Below, piece by piece: positions 24,901 through 34,296 of a DNA stretch of 64,000 nt. Origin of the DNA: Mantamonas sphyraenae STR306 (lineage: Eukaryota; Protista; CRuMs); NCBI GenBank assembly GCA_026936335.1, contig JAPMXV010000075.1, forward strand, positions 62,001-126,000. Direction: 5' to 3'. The translations under genes were made by a program, and so were the position numbers. Below the pieces are notes generated by a model that saw only the letters and a program-made list of their open reading frames with translations, was not told the origin of the DNA and made no database searches. The first letter of the stretch is position 1. Every line of letters begins with the position of its first letter.

Positions 24901-27566
24901 CACGAGGAGGAGGCAAGGTACTCTGCATGCGTCTCGTCGAGGTTTGGCGTGGTGAGTCCAAAAAAGACAGACCACTCTGCGTCGTCTGCCTGCTCGTTGT
25001 CGGGCAGGATGGTGTCAATGACGTCGTCTAAGGACAGTACGCCCCCGTCTCCGTCTCCGTCGCCTTGGTCTTGGTCTTGTTCGTGCACACGGAAGACTCG
25101 GTCAATGGCGGCAGATGTGTTCTCTTGCCACTCCTGTGACTCGTCTACAGAAGGGGGTGTCGCTCCAAGGATAGATGCTAGATCCTTGGTTGCACCAACA
25201 AACACGTCCTTGGACATGTCAACACCCTCTTCCTCCAGAGCAGCGACAAGCCGGCTTTGTTTGAGCAGTGCCTGGCGGAGATCTGGGTGAAGCACACCGC
25301 GAAGCGATGCAATGGACTTGCGAATCCTATCCTTGGGTAGGTACTGTGTGCAAAGACTCGTCCATCTCTTCGCGTTGACCATGTTCGAGTACAACATCGA
25401 CGGGCACGTGTAGTTGGCGGCCGTGCCGCTAGCCTGCGCCTGCGCCGTGCCGCTAGCCTGCGCCTGCGCCGTGCCAGTATCCTGGGCCGTGCCGCCAGCC
25501 TGCGCCGTGCCAGTATGCTGCTCCTGCGCCGTGCCAGTATGCTGCTCCTGCGCCGTGCCGTTCGCCTGCGCCGCAGCAACCAACCCCTCCATCCCAATGG
25601 CCCGTGTGTCCACAGACACCTTGTACTGGTGCCTATCTTTGTGATCGATGTCTGCAAAGTGGACGTTGCGCTTGTCGTTGGCGCGCTGGCACTCCCAGCG
25701 CGCCATGGTGGATTCACGCAGATCATGGAGAACGTGCGTGCTCAGCGTGTCACTGCCTGTAAGTGCCCCCGCTCGCCGACAAACCTCACCAGCGGGAAGG
25801 ACATGAGCTGTTGACATGTCTGAGTCATACTCGACCGCAAACTGCCGTACAAACGCATTCAAGAGCGACATGACCCCTCCGTCGTCATCAAAGTGCACTG
25901 CGCCTAGGACGTTGGCCTCTGGCAAAGTCTCCTCAACAACCACGTCCTTCACGTCCCCATCAAACACACGCCCCCACGCATGGAGGGACGTGAGCCGCTC
26001 AATAGCGTCGTCGTCGAACCCAAGGACCTGGAGGTGGAGCTTGACCCAGCGAAGGTAGTGGAGAGCATGCTGTTGCAGGAGAAGCATGTGCTCGGACGCC
26101 GGCTGCTTACCAGACGTGCCACGCAGGAGGGTGGCGACCGACAAGTCATTGTGGACAATGCTGGCGTAAACGTGCGTGAGAAGATCGCCATCCTCAAGCA
26201 GATCTCGCAGTGACTCCGTGTCCAAGCTCAGCAGATTGCGACTTGGTGGTCGTACTGTGGCTTGGATGTCACTGGAGAGCAGCATTGCAGCGGCCAAGCT
26301 CATCAGTTGGTTGTCCATGTCTTGCACAAGTGCTGTCCCGAGAGTAGGATGCAGGAGGTAAACCGGCTGTGTGGTCTGGTTGAATCCCCAATCGCTATCG
26401 TGGAGAGTGATGATAAAGGCGATGTCCTCCTCCTTGTCGTACACTCGCATGACCGCGTCTTTGACCTGATCTGCAAGCACCGGTTGATTCTGAAGATCGG
26501 CCAGCTCGTTCCCGAACTCGTACTCCTGGTGCTCCATGGACAAATGTTTCGCAGCGTGGTACATGGCAATGTGGGCCTGTCCCGTGAGACATAGTCTATG
26601 TCCTTGGCCAGCGCCGTGCGCCGAGAACGGGGCTGCGTCTTCTTTCCGGGAAACATCACGGCGGAGTCGCTGCATAGCCTCTACCTGCACCATGGTTCCC
26701 TCAATGCGCCGAAGGTGTGTCCCATAGCTGATGGATTGTGCTTCCTCGTCTGCCATCTCGGGCTTCACATCGCAGCAGAGGACGTACCGCAATCGGTTGT
26801 CATTCTTGGCGTCCGCAATGTCAATGCGCAGCTCGGTGTTGGCCTTCTCAACCTCTAAGCACCGCTGTACCAACTCGCGCACCTCGTTCTTGTTCAGGTC
26901 TGTGGTACGACAAGCCTCCTCGAGCACCGTGTAGCAGACGGCGGAGACGTCGACCAAAACAATCACCCATTCCACCGGCGTCCCCCCAGCGCCAGGCGTC
27001 AGCATCTCCTCCTGGAAACCAATGTCAAGCATGGACATGATATCCCTCTGTCGTTTCGCCTTCCCGCTCCCTCCTTGCCGTCCCGTATGAAGCTCAACGT
27101 GCTGCTTTTTGGCGGAGATTTTTGAGCTGTTGGAAATTGCATCCCGCACTTGCTTTTTGTCCTGCCATACCGGATTACCAAGGTCATCGCCATCTACATC
27201 CACCTGTTCCCCACCATCCACCCGTTCCGTATCCATTCCATCGTCAGTCGACGCGTCGATAGCCTCCTGAAACATGTGGACGCTCCCAGCACTTCGGCGG
27301 CTCCTCCTTCGCCCGACTGCAACCTCCTCCTGGCCCTTTTCGACCACCGGGTCCTTTTCACGCAGTACACACGCACTGCAGAACCTATTCACCAGATGCA
27401 CATCGTTGTTGCATCCACAGGAATCGCATTTGTGCCGCCGTGACCGCTTTCGGTGCGGAAGCGTCCAGTGCAACTGCAGAGTCGCCTCATCTTCGTCGTT
27501 GTCGACGATGATGTCGCTGTGGCCACGTTTTCGTGTACGGTTGTATTCTATGTTGCGCTCACTCAT
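21915..27566 (-). CDS. Giant Fanzor1/TnpB-family RNA-guided nuclease with long N-terminal extension (putative FEN1/XPG-like PIN domain)
   Basis: Intronless 1,883-aa ORF from GCCACC-ATG. RuvC-I FLGADPGI (D1596), LCIGDG, RuvC-II VVRVNECNTT (E1784), CPTC..CTRC, RuvC-III RNRDFASAQAI (D1823). Confidence 0.88.
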   Translation of the reverse strand: MSERNIEYNRTRKRGHSDIIVDNDEDEATLQLHWTLPHRKRSRRHKCDSCGCNNDVHLVNRFCSACVLREKDPVVEKGQEEVAVGRRRSRRSAGSVHMFQEAIDASTDDGMDTERVDGGEQVDVDGDDLGNPVWQDKKQVRDAISNSSKISAKKQHVELHTGRQGGSGKAKRQRDIMSMLDIGFQEEMLTPGAGGTPVEWVIVLVDVSAVCYTVLEEACRTTDLNKNEVRELVQRCLEVEKANTELRIDIADAKNDNRLRYVLCCDVKPEMADEEAQSISYGTHLRRIEGTMVQVEAMQRLRRDVSRKEDAAPFSAHGAGQGHRLCLTGQAHIAMYHAAKHLSMEHQEYEFGNELADLQNQPVLADQVKDAVMRVYDKEEDIAFIITLHDSDWGFNQTTQPVYLLHPTLGTALVQDMDNQLMSLAAAMLLSSDIQATVRPPSRNLLSLDTESLRDLLEDGDLLTHVYASIVHNDLSVATLLRGTSGKQPASEHMLLLQQHALHYLRWVKLHLQVLGFDDDAIERLTSLHAWGRVFDGDVKDVVVEETLPEANVLGAVHFDDDGGVMSLLNAFVRQFAVEYDSDMSTAHVLPAGEVCRRAGALTGSDTLSTHVLHDLRESTMARWECQRANDKRNVHFADIDHKDRHQYKVSVDTRAIGMEGLVAAAQANGTAQEQHTGTAQEQHTGTAQAGGTAQDTGTAQAQASGTAQAQASGTAANYTCPSMLYSNMVNAKRWTSLCTQYLPKDRIRKSIASLRGVLHPDLRQALLKQSRLVAALEEEGVDMSKDVFVGATKDLASILGATPPSVDESQEWQENTSAAIDRVFRVHEQDQDQGDGDGDGGVLSLDDVIDTILPDNEQADDAEWSVFFGLTTPNLDETHAEYLASSSCIVELGSMSTLRNKALVTEKDVSQLIQIQNVFGVVVAIQRDLLQCAQVEPDKTVEGMLSRSLVIRNDRLYLRPPDEVSVVSAAGSTTNGLIAANTDLILQRQQDGCIRAEYVDGLDETAARAPVHLEGLPAGVFSTLCNRAAAHILTSWRVMLTTQANDNLADLVVAASPQLERKDVVGFLTRHANPDDDGDDGPTDTTMHRACKRAVEKVLLDVGNVSLKQFSSLRSLETKSPLVALRCFYELAKECNSTRKLYGDQHSFEIQLAAERELIFGRWATTTLARNLLRICGDKEVDLDSKLLAWSVLCGAATSLPGGCSDAPPPQECWDSTTACHCGVHEFVRGARRADNQAHVHAMRASLAWHMMNTNQEEVVQSSSSSTSSSSGGGGGSSRRSLFASTSIQAMHVCAQTCVNKSARVVTYEEGAHIADEELGAYADALLFSSFNVYDILSPTHAARVAKTPFFNDGFLSVRLFSNVHMANVRHWTIPSGADQRRLFMLEHLLVPHQRLSLFPTLRACINLLRNPTATSYEDTERIDDADLLQFLRGDYTLLEDAPEPRPALSAPFVTHSIARYNYSAVGKVAAKGKRGRDSDAHTEEQQNTRRLLERVAAVAIRLCQVGMLVASHEHQLQPVRELADGDGDVGAQTKAVHALLHKWLPHSAGKLIALGLCPRNLEHSRRPHGVVSSFSRLLALSQGANQRLQFLGADPGIANAPSALCIPLKETVQDGYLLQFATAWRFSPPSLGAMERKVGLKKDNATLSRRVRERMQELRVKRAGLFAERHSEARVGRTLRHQCRALTAEEASSAVIQKEQEEDSQSGDRKTHHRREQKNRIRKMREHWLAQVRATEKMQLEKGQLRRITLLCIGDGFKGGRGGVKKLEELAKHNMIVVRVNECNTTLRCPTCGSVHESKHGNARTARVKYCTRCKMHRNRDFASAQAIANKVYAALRGHTIWCMTKVWQRSQIGRAFRSKIGLPENVDGEAQNLEANSSAG
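25420..25570 (-). repeat. In-frame 18-24-nt tandem repeat (GTAQ-x) inside the Fanzor ORF
   Basis: Units encode GTAQEQHT x2, GTAQAG, GTAQDT, GTAQAQAS x2. Recurring gccgtgcc on the + strand. Confidence 0.9.
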
Positions 27567-27579
27567 GGTGGCTTTTTCT

Positions 27580-27673
27580 CTTGGGCATGGTGGCGCACGA
27601 TCCACACACTGTGGACTGCCACCATGCCCAAGGCAGGTGACCTAAATCATGTGTGAAGGACGCGTAGCGTCCT
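27580..27673. promoter_or_regulatory. Two hairpins upstream of the Fanzor start
   Basis: Perfect 15-bp inverted repeat CTTGGGCATGGTGGC (27580-27594) / GCCACCATGCCCAAG (27618-27632) with inner TCCACA/TGTGGA. Second stem AGGACGC-gta-GCGTCCT (27657-27673). Function unknown. Confidence 0.6.
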
Positions 27674-27762
27674 ATATGCTGCTCATTGGCTCATACACCA
27701 CGAGAACACCTATCAGAACACACGCGGAGACGTTGCCGACACTGAATCAACTTGACCCGAAT

Positions 27763-29332
27763 TCACTGTAATTCATCGCTGCTGTTGCTGCTGCTGCTGC
27801 TGCTCTCCTTCCGCGGGTACACATCCTCCTTGGGTTCCCAGTTCTTTGCAAAGGTCTCTGCGACAAGGAGGGGAAACACAAGCGTGGCCTCGGCACACAC
27901 CTTGACGGGTTCCGCGTAGATGCTGATCTTCCCCCAGGTGACAGCCTCGGACGGAGCAGCGCCGCTGTCGCTACCGTCAAACTCGTGTGCAGTGTTGATG
28001 TACACGGCCCAGTCAGCGCCGTTGCGCATGAGGTTTGCATTGCAGATGTGGTGCTTGACAATGCCGCCGCCGAGGATGATCATGCCACTGTGGGCAGCCT
28101 TGACGGCAATGTCGTTGATGCGACGGATGTCTTGGGCAATGTCCACCACCAGTCCCTCGTTCTGGTAGCTCTGGAAGTAGATCATGTCTCCGATGGAGCC
28201 GTCGGTGATCGCCGGGCAAAACACAGGGATGTTGTTCTTGTGGGCCCAGTAGTAGACGCTGTCCTCGTTGTCAATCTCCTTTCCCAGACGATCGATGATC
28301 TTGGAGGGTGACCACACGACGCCGTCCTCCTGCTGTTCCTTGAGCATGGCATTGAGGATGGGCATCATAAACTCCTCAAACTTGACGTAGTTGTCATTGG
28401 GCACAATCAGGTTGCCCAGGCGGTTGAGTCCCTTGAGACGCATGTCCTTGCCATTCAGGTTGAATGCGCCGTGGTAGTGCGGCGTCATGCACTTCATGAA
28501 ATCCTCCTCGATCCCACCCCCCGTCGTCACAATCGCATCCACCATCTTGTGTTCCACCAGGTACCGAATCACCTCGCGCAGACCGCTGCTGATCATGTTG
28601 GACGTGTATCCCAGAAAGATGGTCGCCCGTGTCTTTTTGCGCAGGTCCGGATCGACGATGGAATCGCGGTCCGTCACCTCTTCGTCGCTCAGGCGCCATT
28701 TGATCTGCGTGCACGGGTCCTGTGTCAATCAATGTCTTTGTGTGCAATCCATGGACCCTGGGGACCCTTTGTGCATGCTTTCCGGCAGCGTACCATGTCA
28801 TTCACTCGGTCCATGGCCTTGCCCAAATGCGTGGACTGGAAGCCCGTTGAGATGTAGTGCTTCATGATCTGCTCGTAGTCCACGCCCTGGTTAAAGTCGT
28901 ACCCAAACACGGTGGGGCTGTTCCAATGAGGCGTGTGTCAGCGTGTGTGGGCAGGTGAGTGGTGTGTGTGTGGAAGACCTGTCACACACGCAAGGGTGCG
29001 CCCAGTTCGGCGAAACACCGCACTCCGCGAGAGCAGCCAGCCAGCCCACAGAGGTACGAGTGGACGTGTGCACGTGGCATACACACAACCACAGGACCAT
29101 GCCACACATAAAGATGCACACGAGCAACGTACTGGTCGTCCGGCATGGCCACACTCTGCACAAGCACAGCCTCAGTGGCCTTTTCAGGGCGATTGTCCGC
29201 AAAGAGTTCCTTGCTACTGACCCCTTTCGACTCTGTGCTTCCCTGTTCCTGTTCCTGTTCCTGCTTTTGCTCCTGCTCCTGCTCCTGTTCCTGTTCAGTG
29301 GATGGTGTTGTTTCCTTGTCGGTGGTACTCAT
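27763..29332 (-). CDS. DHPS: Deoxyhypusine synthase
   Basis: [89 protein letters not shown]. Multi-exon. Confidence 0.97.
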
Positions 29333-29387
29333 GATGATGGGTGGGCGGGTTGGGGTTTGCGTTGGAGCCGCTGGCGCGGGCAAACGA

Positions 29388-32300
29388 ATGTCGCATTTGT
29401 CCACAGAGGGTGCTCAGGACCAATCGTTGGCCGACGCCATCAAGGCGGCGTCGTCGACGAGCAACCGACACATGGGCGGGGCCGGGAGCAGCAGCAGCAG
29501 CAGCGTGCATCTCCTGGGCAAATCCACCCACCCTCACTTTCGAAGCAGCGGCCACGGCGGCAGCGGCAGCAGGATGATGATGGCAGGTGGCAAGGAGATG
29601 CCGACAGAGATGCGTGTGTTGCGCGACCTGGTGGATGATGAGGAGAATTGGTGGAACATCCAAGAGTCGGTGCGCTCGGCGCTGCTGGCCCTCACCAACG
29701 TGGTGGAACGGCAACAAGTGACCATCCAGGAGCTGCAGCTGCATGCACGCACACACGCAGGCACCATTGAACAGATGGCCACGCATTTGGCACACGAGAG
29801 CAAGCAGGTGAGATGGGCCCAATTAGTCGTCATCATCATCCATCCATTTGAGAGCGCGCGAGCGCGAGACGCGGGTTCGCTGCTTTTCACGCGCCAATTT
29901 CTGACACCGCTTGCCGGCACCCACCCCAGCTGTCCAGCAAGGCCGAGGCGAGCGTAGTGCAAGACCTGATGGCAGATGTGAGCGCGGTGCAAAAGGAGAC
30001 GCAGGCTTTGAAGCGAACAATGGCCGACCTGCCTCCCAACACGGTGGAAAAGGAGCTTGCCGTGCTGGAAGGGGAGATGCGCTCGCTGCTGAAGACCAAA
30101 ATGGATGTCAACGAGTGCAAGCAGCTCCTGGAAAACAAGGTGGACTACGAGGAAGTGCGCGAAGCCATGGGCACCAAAGCAAATGCTGTGGAGGTTGCGG
30201 TGAGTGTGACATGGAGGGTTAGCGGCGGGGGGGGGGGGAGGTGTTGGGGATTGGAGGTCTTTCTAGCGCTGACACAAATCACACCCACTCACTCACTCAC
30301 ACACACACACACTCACTCACACACACTTGCCATGACAGCGCATCTTGGACCAAAAAGCAGACCAGAGCACACTGGTGGAGCTTGCGGGGCAGGTGGTGAC
30401 ACAGAACGAGCTGAAGAGCAAACTGTACAAGAAGGCGAACAAGGAGGCGCTGGAGGCTCGGCTGGCAAACAAGGCGGACATTGAGGATGTGAACGAGGCG
30501 TTGGCCAGGACGATGAACACATTGAACCGAACTCTGGCGCAGCACACGGCAGAGGTGGAGGGCAAGGTGGATGCGGCGCAAGAGAGCCACAAGAGTAGCA
30601 TGCGTGCGCAGCAGCACTCGTTGCAAGAGTTGAAGCGGCAGGTGGACGCGTGTGTGACCGGCATGGAGGTGGAGGGACTTGTGGAGGGACGGCTCAACGC
30701 AGCAATGCGTGAGGCGACCGAGGCGACGATGGCACGCATCGAACAGGTGGAACTGAGCGTGCACAAGGTGCAGAGCGAGGTGAACAGTGCCGTGCATGGG
30801 TATGACGACAATCCGATGAACAGGAGTGGCGTGGGAGGAGGTGGTGGTGGTGGTGGTGGTGGTGGGGACGACGACATGGGAGGTGGTCCCAGCATGAGTT
30901 TGCGCGGGTTGACGTCGGCAGTGACGCAGTTGCGCACGGCAATGTCCAGGCACGGGAGGGAGCATGACAAGGCGTGGCAGACGACACAGGAAAGCGTGCG
31001 TGCGTTGGAACGTGCGGTGCACGGCGACGGGGGACTGGATGCGTTTGTGCACGAGCAGCGACGCGGGCTCGGCGATTTGGAGGAACGCGTCCAGCAGCTG
31101 AAGTATGCACACGACGAAGGAATGCACAGCGTGAGTCTGCTGCGCTCAAATGTGGACGAGACGAAACGTGCGCTGGCAGACGCCGAGGCGTCGCGGGAAT
31201 CGGCTGCGCGAGGGGACGTGCAGGAGCTCAACGGACGCCTGTTCAAGCTGGAGAACCTGTGGGGATTCATACAGTCGCAGCTGTCGGAGCTGAAGGACGA
31301 TGCACAGTCGACCAATGTGGAGATGACCCAACTGCGGAGTCAGACGACGGAGCTGCTGGAGAATCGTAGCAAGAAGTATGTGGCAGAGGAAATGGCGTCG
31401 GTGAGGCGACAGATGGACGCAATGCGTGCTGATATGGTGCGTATGATCAACAACACGGTGGATGATGTGATTGTGGGCACCAGTGCAGCGATGAAGGAAG
31501 AGCGCAGGCGAGAGATTCGCGAGAGCAGGATGCGACAGGATGAGGACGATCTGATGCTGGACACAACGGCGTCGACAGGCACCACGGGCAGGGCCGCGGG
31601 TGGCGCTGGTAACATGGAAAGGTGGAAGTCGCAGATGGAGGAACAGGTGCGGGAGAAGGCAAGCCGCAGGGAGTTGGAGGATCTGCTGAGTCGCAAGGCG
31701 GATTTGCGGGAGGTAAATCGTCGATTGGACCAGCTCACAACAGAGGTGAAACTGTACAGGGGTGGGATGGGTACAGGCGACGCTGGAGAGTCGGGAGGGG
31801 CTGGCAAGAGGCGCAAGTTTGCGGTGGGTGGAGGAGGTGGAGGCGAGGAGGAAGATGAGGCGTTGGCGTTGGTGGTTGTGCAGAAACAGATGCACGCGGC
31901 CATCACAACCCTCTCTGAAGAGGTGGAGGCAGAGCTGGCACGCAAGGCAGATGTGGATGTGGTGCAGGCATTGGAGAGCAAAGTGGATCGGGTGGCAGGA
32001 CGTTTGGAAGAGCAGGTGTGGGACACACAGGTGGGTATCTACACGAGATGGATGGACGAGGAGGTGAGTGAAAAGAGCTGACATGCTTCCCCCCCCCCAC
32101 ACCCGTCACGACGTTGTTTACCCCCGTGCACACAGTATCAGCAGCAGCAGCAACAACAACAACATAGGAGAAGTCAGTACGACCGTTCCATGTGGGAGAG
32201 CGAAACCAGCTGGGCCCGGGGCAGTGGAAGAGTGCAGCAACAGCAGCAGCATCAGGATGTGCGGTCGCCGCTGAAGGAGCAGGTGGAACAAATGGAACGC

Positions 32301-32513
32301 GTGCACGGTGACGAATCGTTCTACGGTGTGCACACAGCCCACCTGAGCAAGAGCCCAAGTGTGGACTATGGTCACCGAATGCGACAGGCAGCTGCAAGGG
32401 AGGCACAGAATGGGAATCGCTTGCTCAAGGCGCGGCGGTCCATTGTTGGTGAACGGTCGTTTTCGGGGGCGTCCCCCTCGTTGCTGGTCAATGGGTCACC
32501 ATTGGACATGTGA
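29388..32513 (+). CDS. Long coiled-coil hypothetical protein
   Basis: Spliced ORFs with WWNIQESVRSALLAL and repeated L..KAD/KVD heptad motifs. Its last ~70 nt are included in the duplicated segment. Confidence 0.7.
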
Positions 32514-32566
32514 TTGTGAACGGGTGCTCACCGGCGTCCAAGACAAACACATTTTCACCCACACCA

Positions 32567-34204
32567 ATGAAGATTGCTGTGAGTGTGCTCATTGCACTCG
32601 TGTGTGTCCAGGCTGTGCTTGCACTGCCGTTTCCCCGCACGCATTACGGTGAGTGTTCAGCGTGTGGGGGCGGAACGGGAGAGAGAGAGGAAGATGATGC
32701 CCACTTGCAAACGGCTCTCGCGGCACCCAGGCTCTGACACAGTCGGATAAACGCACACAGACATGATGGTGAGCTCTCTGAAGACAGAGGGACTGGGTAA
32801 GTGGGAGGAGGAGGGCGTGGAGAGGGGTGCAGAGCGTGCAGGGGCCCGGAAACTGACGGGTGTCCACGCAAAGACGACCTGCCGAAGCAGTTCTTTACGC
32901 AGACGCTGGACCACTACGACAGCGAGAACAACGCCACGTTCCAGCAGAAGTACTATGTCAATGACCAGTACTGGGACAAGGAGAACGGCCCTGTGTTCCT
33001 CATGATCGGAGGCGAGGGTCCTGAGAACGGGAAGTTCATCCAGGTCGGCATGATCAACCTCTACGCACAGAAGTACAACGCCCTGCTGGTGGACATTGAG
33101 CATCGTTTCTACGGTGAATCGTTCCCTGCCAGTGGAGTGGACACACCCAACCTGCGCTTCCTGAGCAGCCAGCAGGCGTTGGCTGATCTGGATACGCTGC
33201 AATCGTTCCTGCAGAGCAAGTATGGGATGACGGATGCGAACAAGTGGGTGTGCTTTGGTGGGAGCTACCCGGGAGCACTGTCTGCGTGGTACCGTCTCAA
33301 GTACCCGCACAAGGTGGTGGGTGCTATTTCGTCGTCTGCTCCGGTGCAAGCCGTCAACGACTTTAGTGCGTACCTGCAGGTGGTGCAGGCATCGCTGACG
33401 ACAATGGGTGGACAAGCATGTGTGCCCAAGATTGCCATGGGTGTGAACCAGATCACGAGCCTGTATGGCACGGATGCAGGGCGCACTCAGCTGCAGAGCC
33501 AGTTCAAGACGTGTGATGCCCTCAAGGACGACAGTGCATCGCGTGCCACGTTCATGTCGGCCATTGCCGGTCTGTTCATGGGTGTGGTGCAGTACAACAG
33601 GGATAACCGCCCCGGAAGCAATGTGACCGTGTCGATGCTGTGCGACATCATGGGTGCGGGTGACGACGCAGTTGCCCAGCTGGCTGCAGTGAACGAGTTG
33701 CTGCTGCAGGGTCAGCCTTGCTTGGATGTGTCGTATGCATCGCAGGTGAACCAGTTGCAGAACACGTCGACGGCCAACCCGGGAGCCACAGCCATGCGTC
33801 TGTGGATCTGGCAATCCTGCCGCGAGTTTGGCTTCTTCCAATCCAGCGACGCCGACTCGTCCAGCCAGCCCTTTGGCGACCAGTTCCCCATTGAGTATTG
33901 GAACCAGATGTGTGCAGATGTGTATGGCGACGCCTTCCGCATGCCGCACGTGGACTTTACCAACGACTACTACGGAGGCAAGATGCTGGGCAGCAGCAAC
34001 ACGGTGATGGTGAACGGACTCATCGACCCGTGGCATGCCTTGAGCATCACCACACCGCCTGCCAACAAGAACCTGCAGCTGGTGGTGATCCCTGAGGGTG
34101 CACACTGCTCCAACATGTACCCGCCGACGGATCACGACTCGCCAGCGCTGCAGGCGGCTCACAAGACCATCGAGACGGCCATTGGACAGTTCATTGGTGC
34201 TTGA
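32567..34204 (+). CDS. Serine peptidase family S28, copy 2
   Basis: Same motifs as copy 1 and near-identical except three divergent patches. Confidence 0.95.
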
Positions 34205-34296
34205 TCGTGCTTGGTGGGGGGGTCCCAAGGAATGAAAAGTGGACAGCGTGCTGAAAGTAGGTGGATATTACATACATGGGCACCCAACTGGGAGAC

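Noticed and set aside
22900-26300. Fused DDE, HUH, serine or tyrosine transposase in the middle of the Fanzor ORF
   Set aside because: No convincing catalytic motif set visible by eye; a profile search is needed to exclude it.
21915-27566. Bacterial TnpB/Cas12 contamination or a CRISPR locus
   Set aside because: Flanked by intron-containing genes, has a Kozak start and Fanzor1-type Glu position; no repeat-spacer array or cas genes seen.
21718-27693. 8-bp inverted match TGAGCCAA (21718-21725) / TTGGCTCA (27686-27693) as Fanzor TIRs
   Set aside because: Short enough to be chance, no target-site duplication seen, and the left copy may be decayed host homology.
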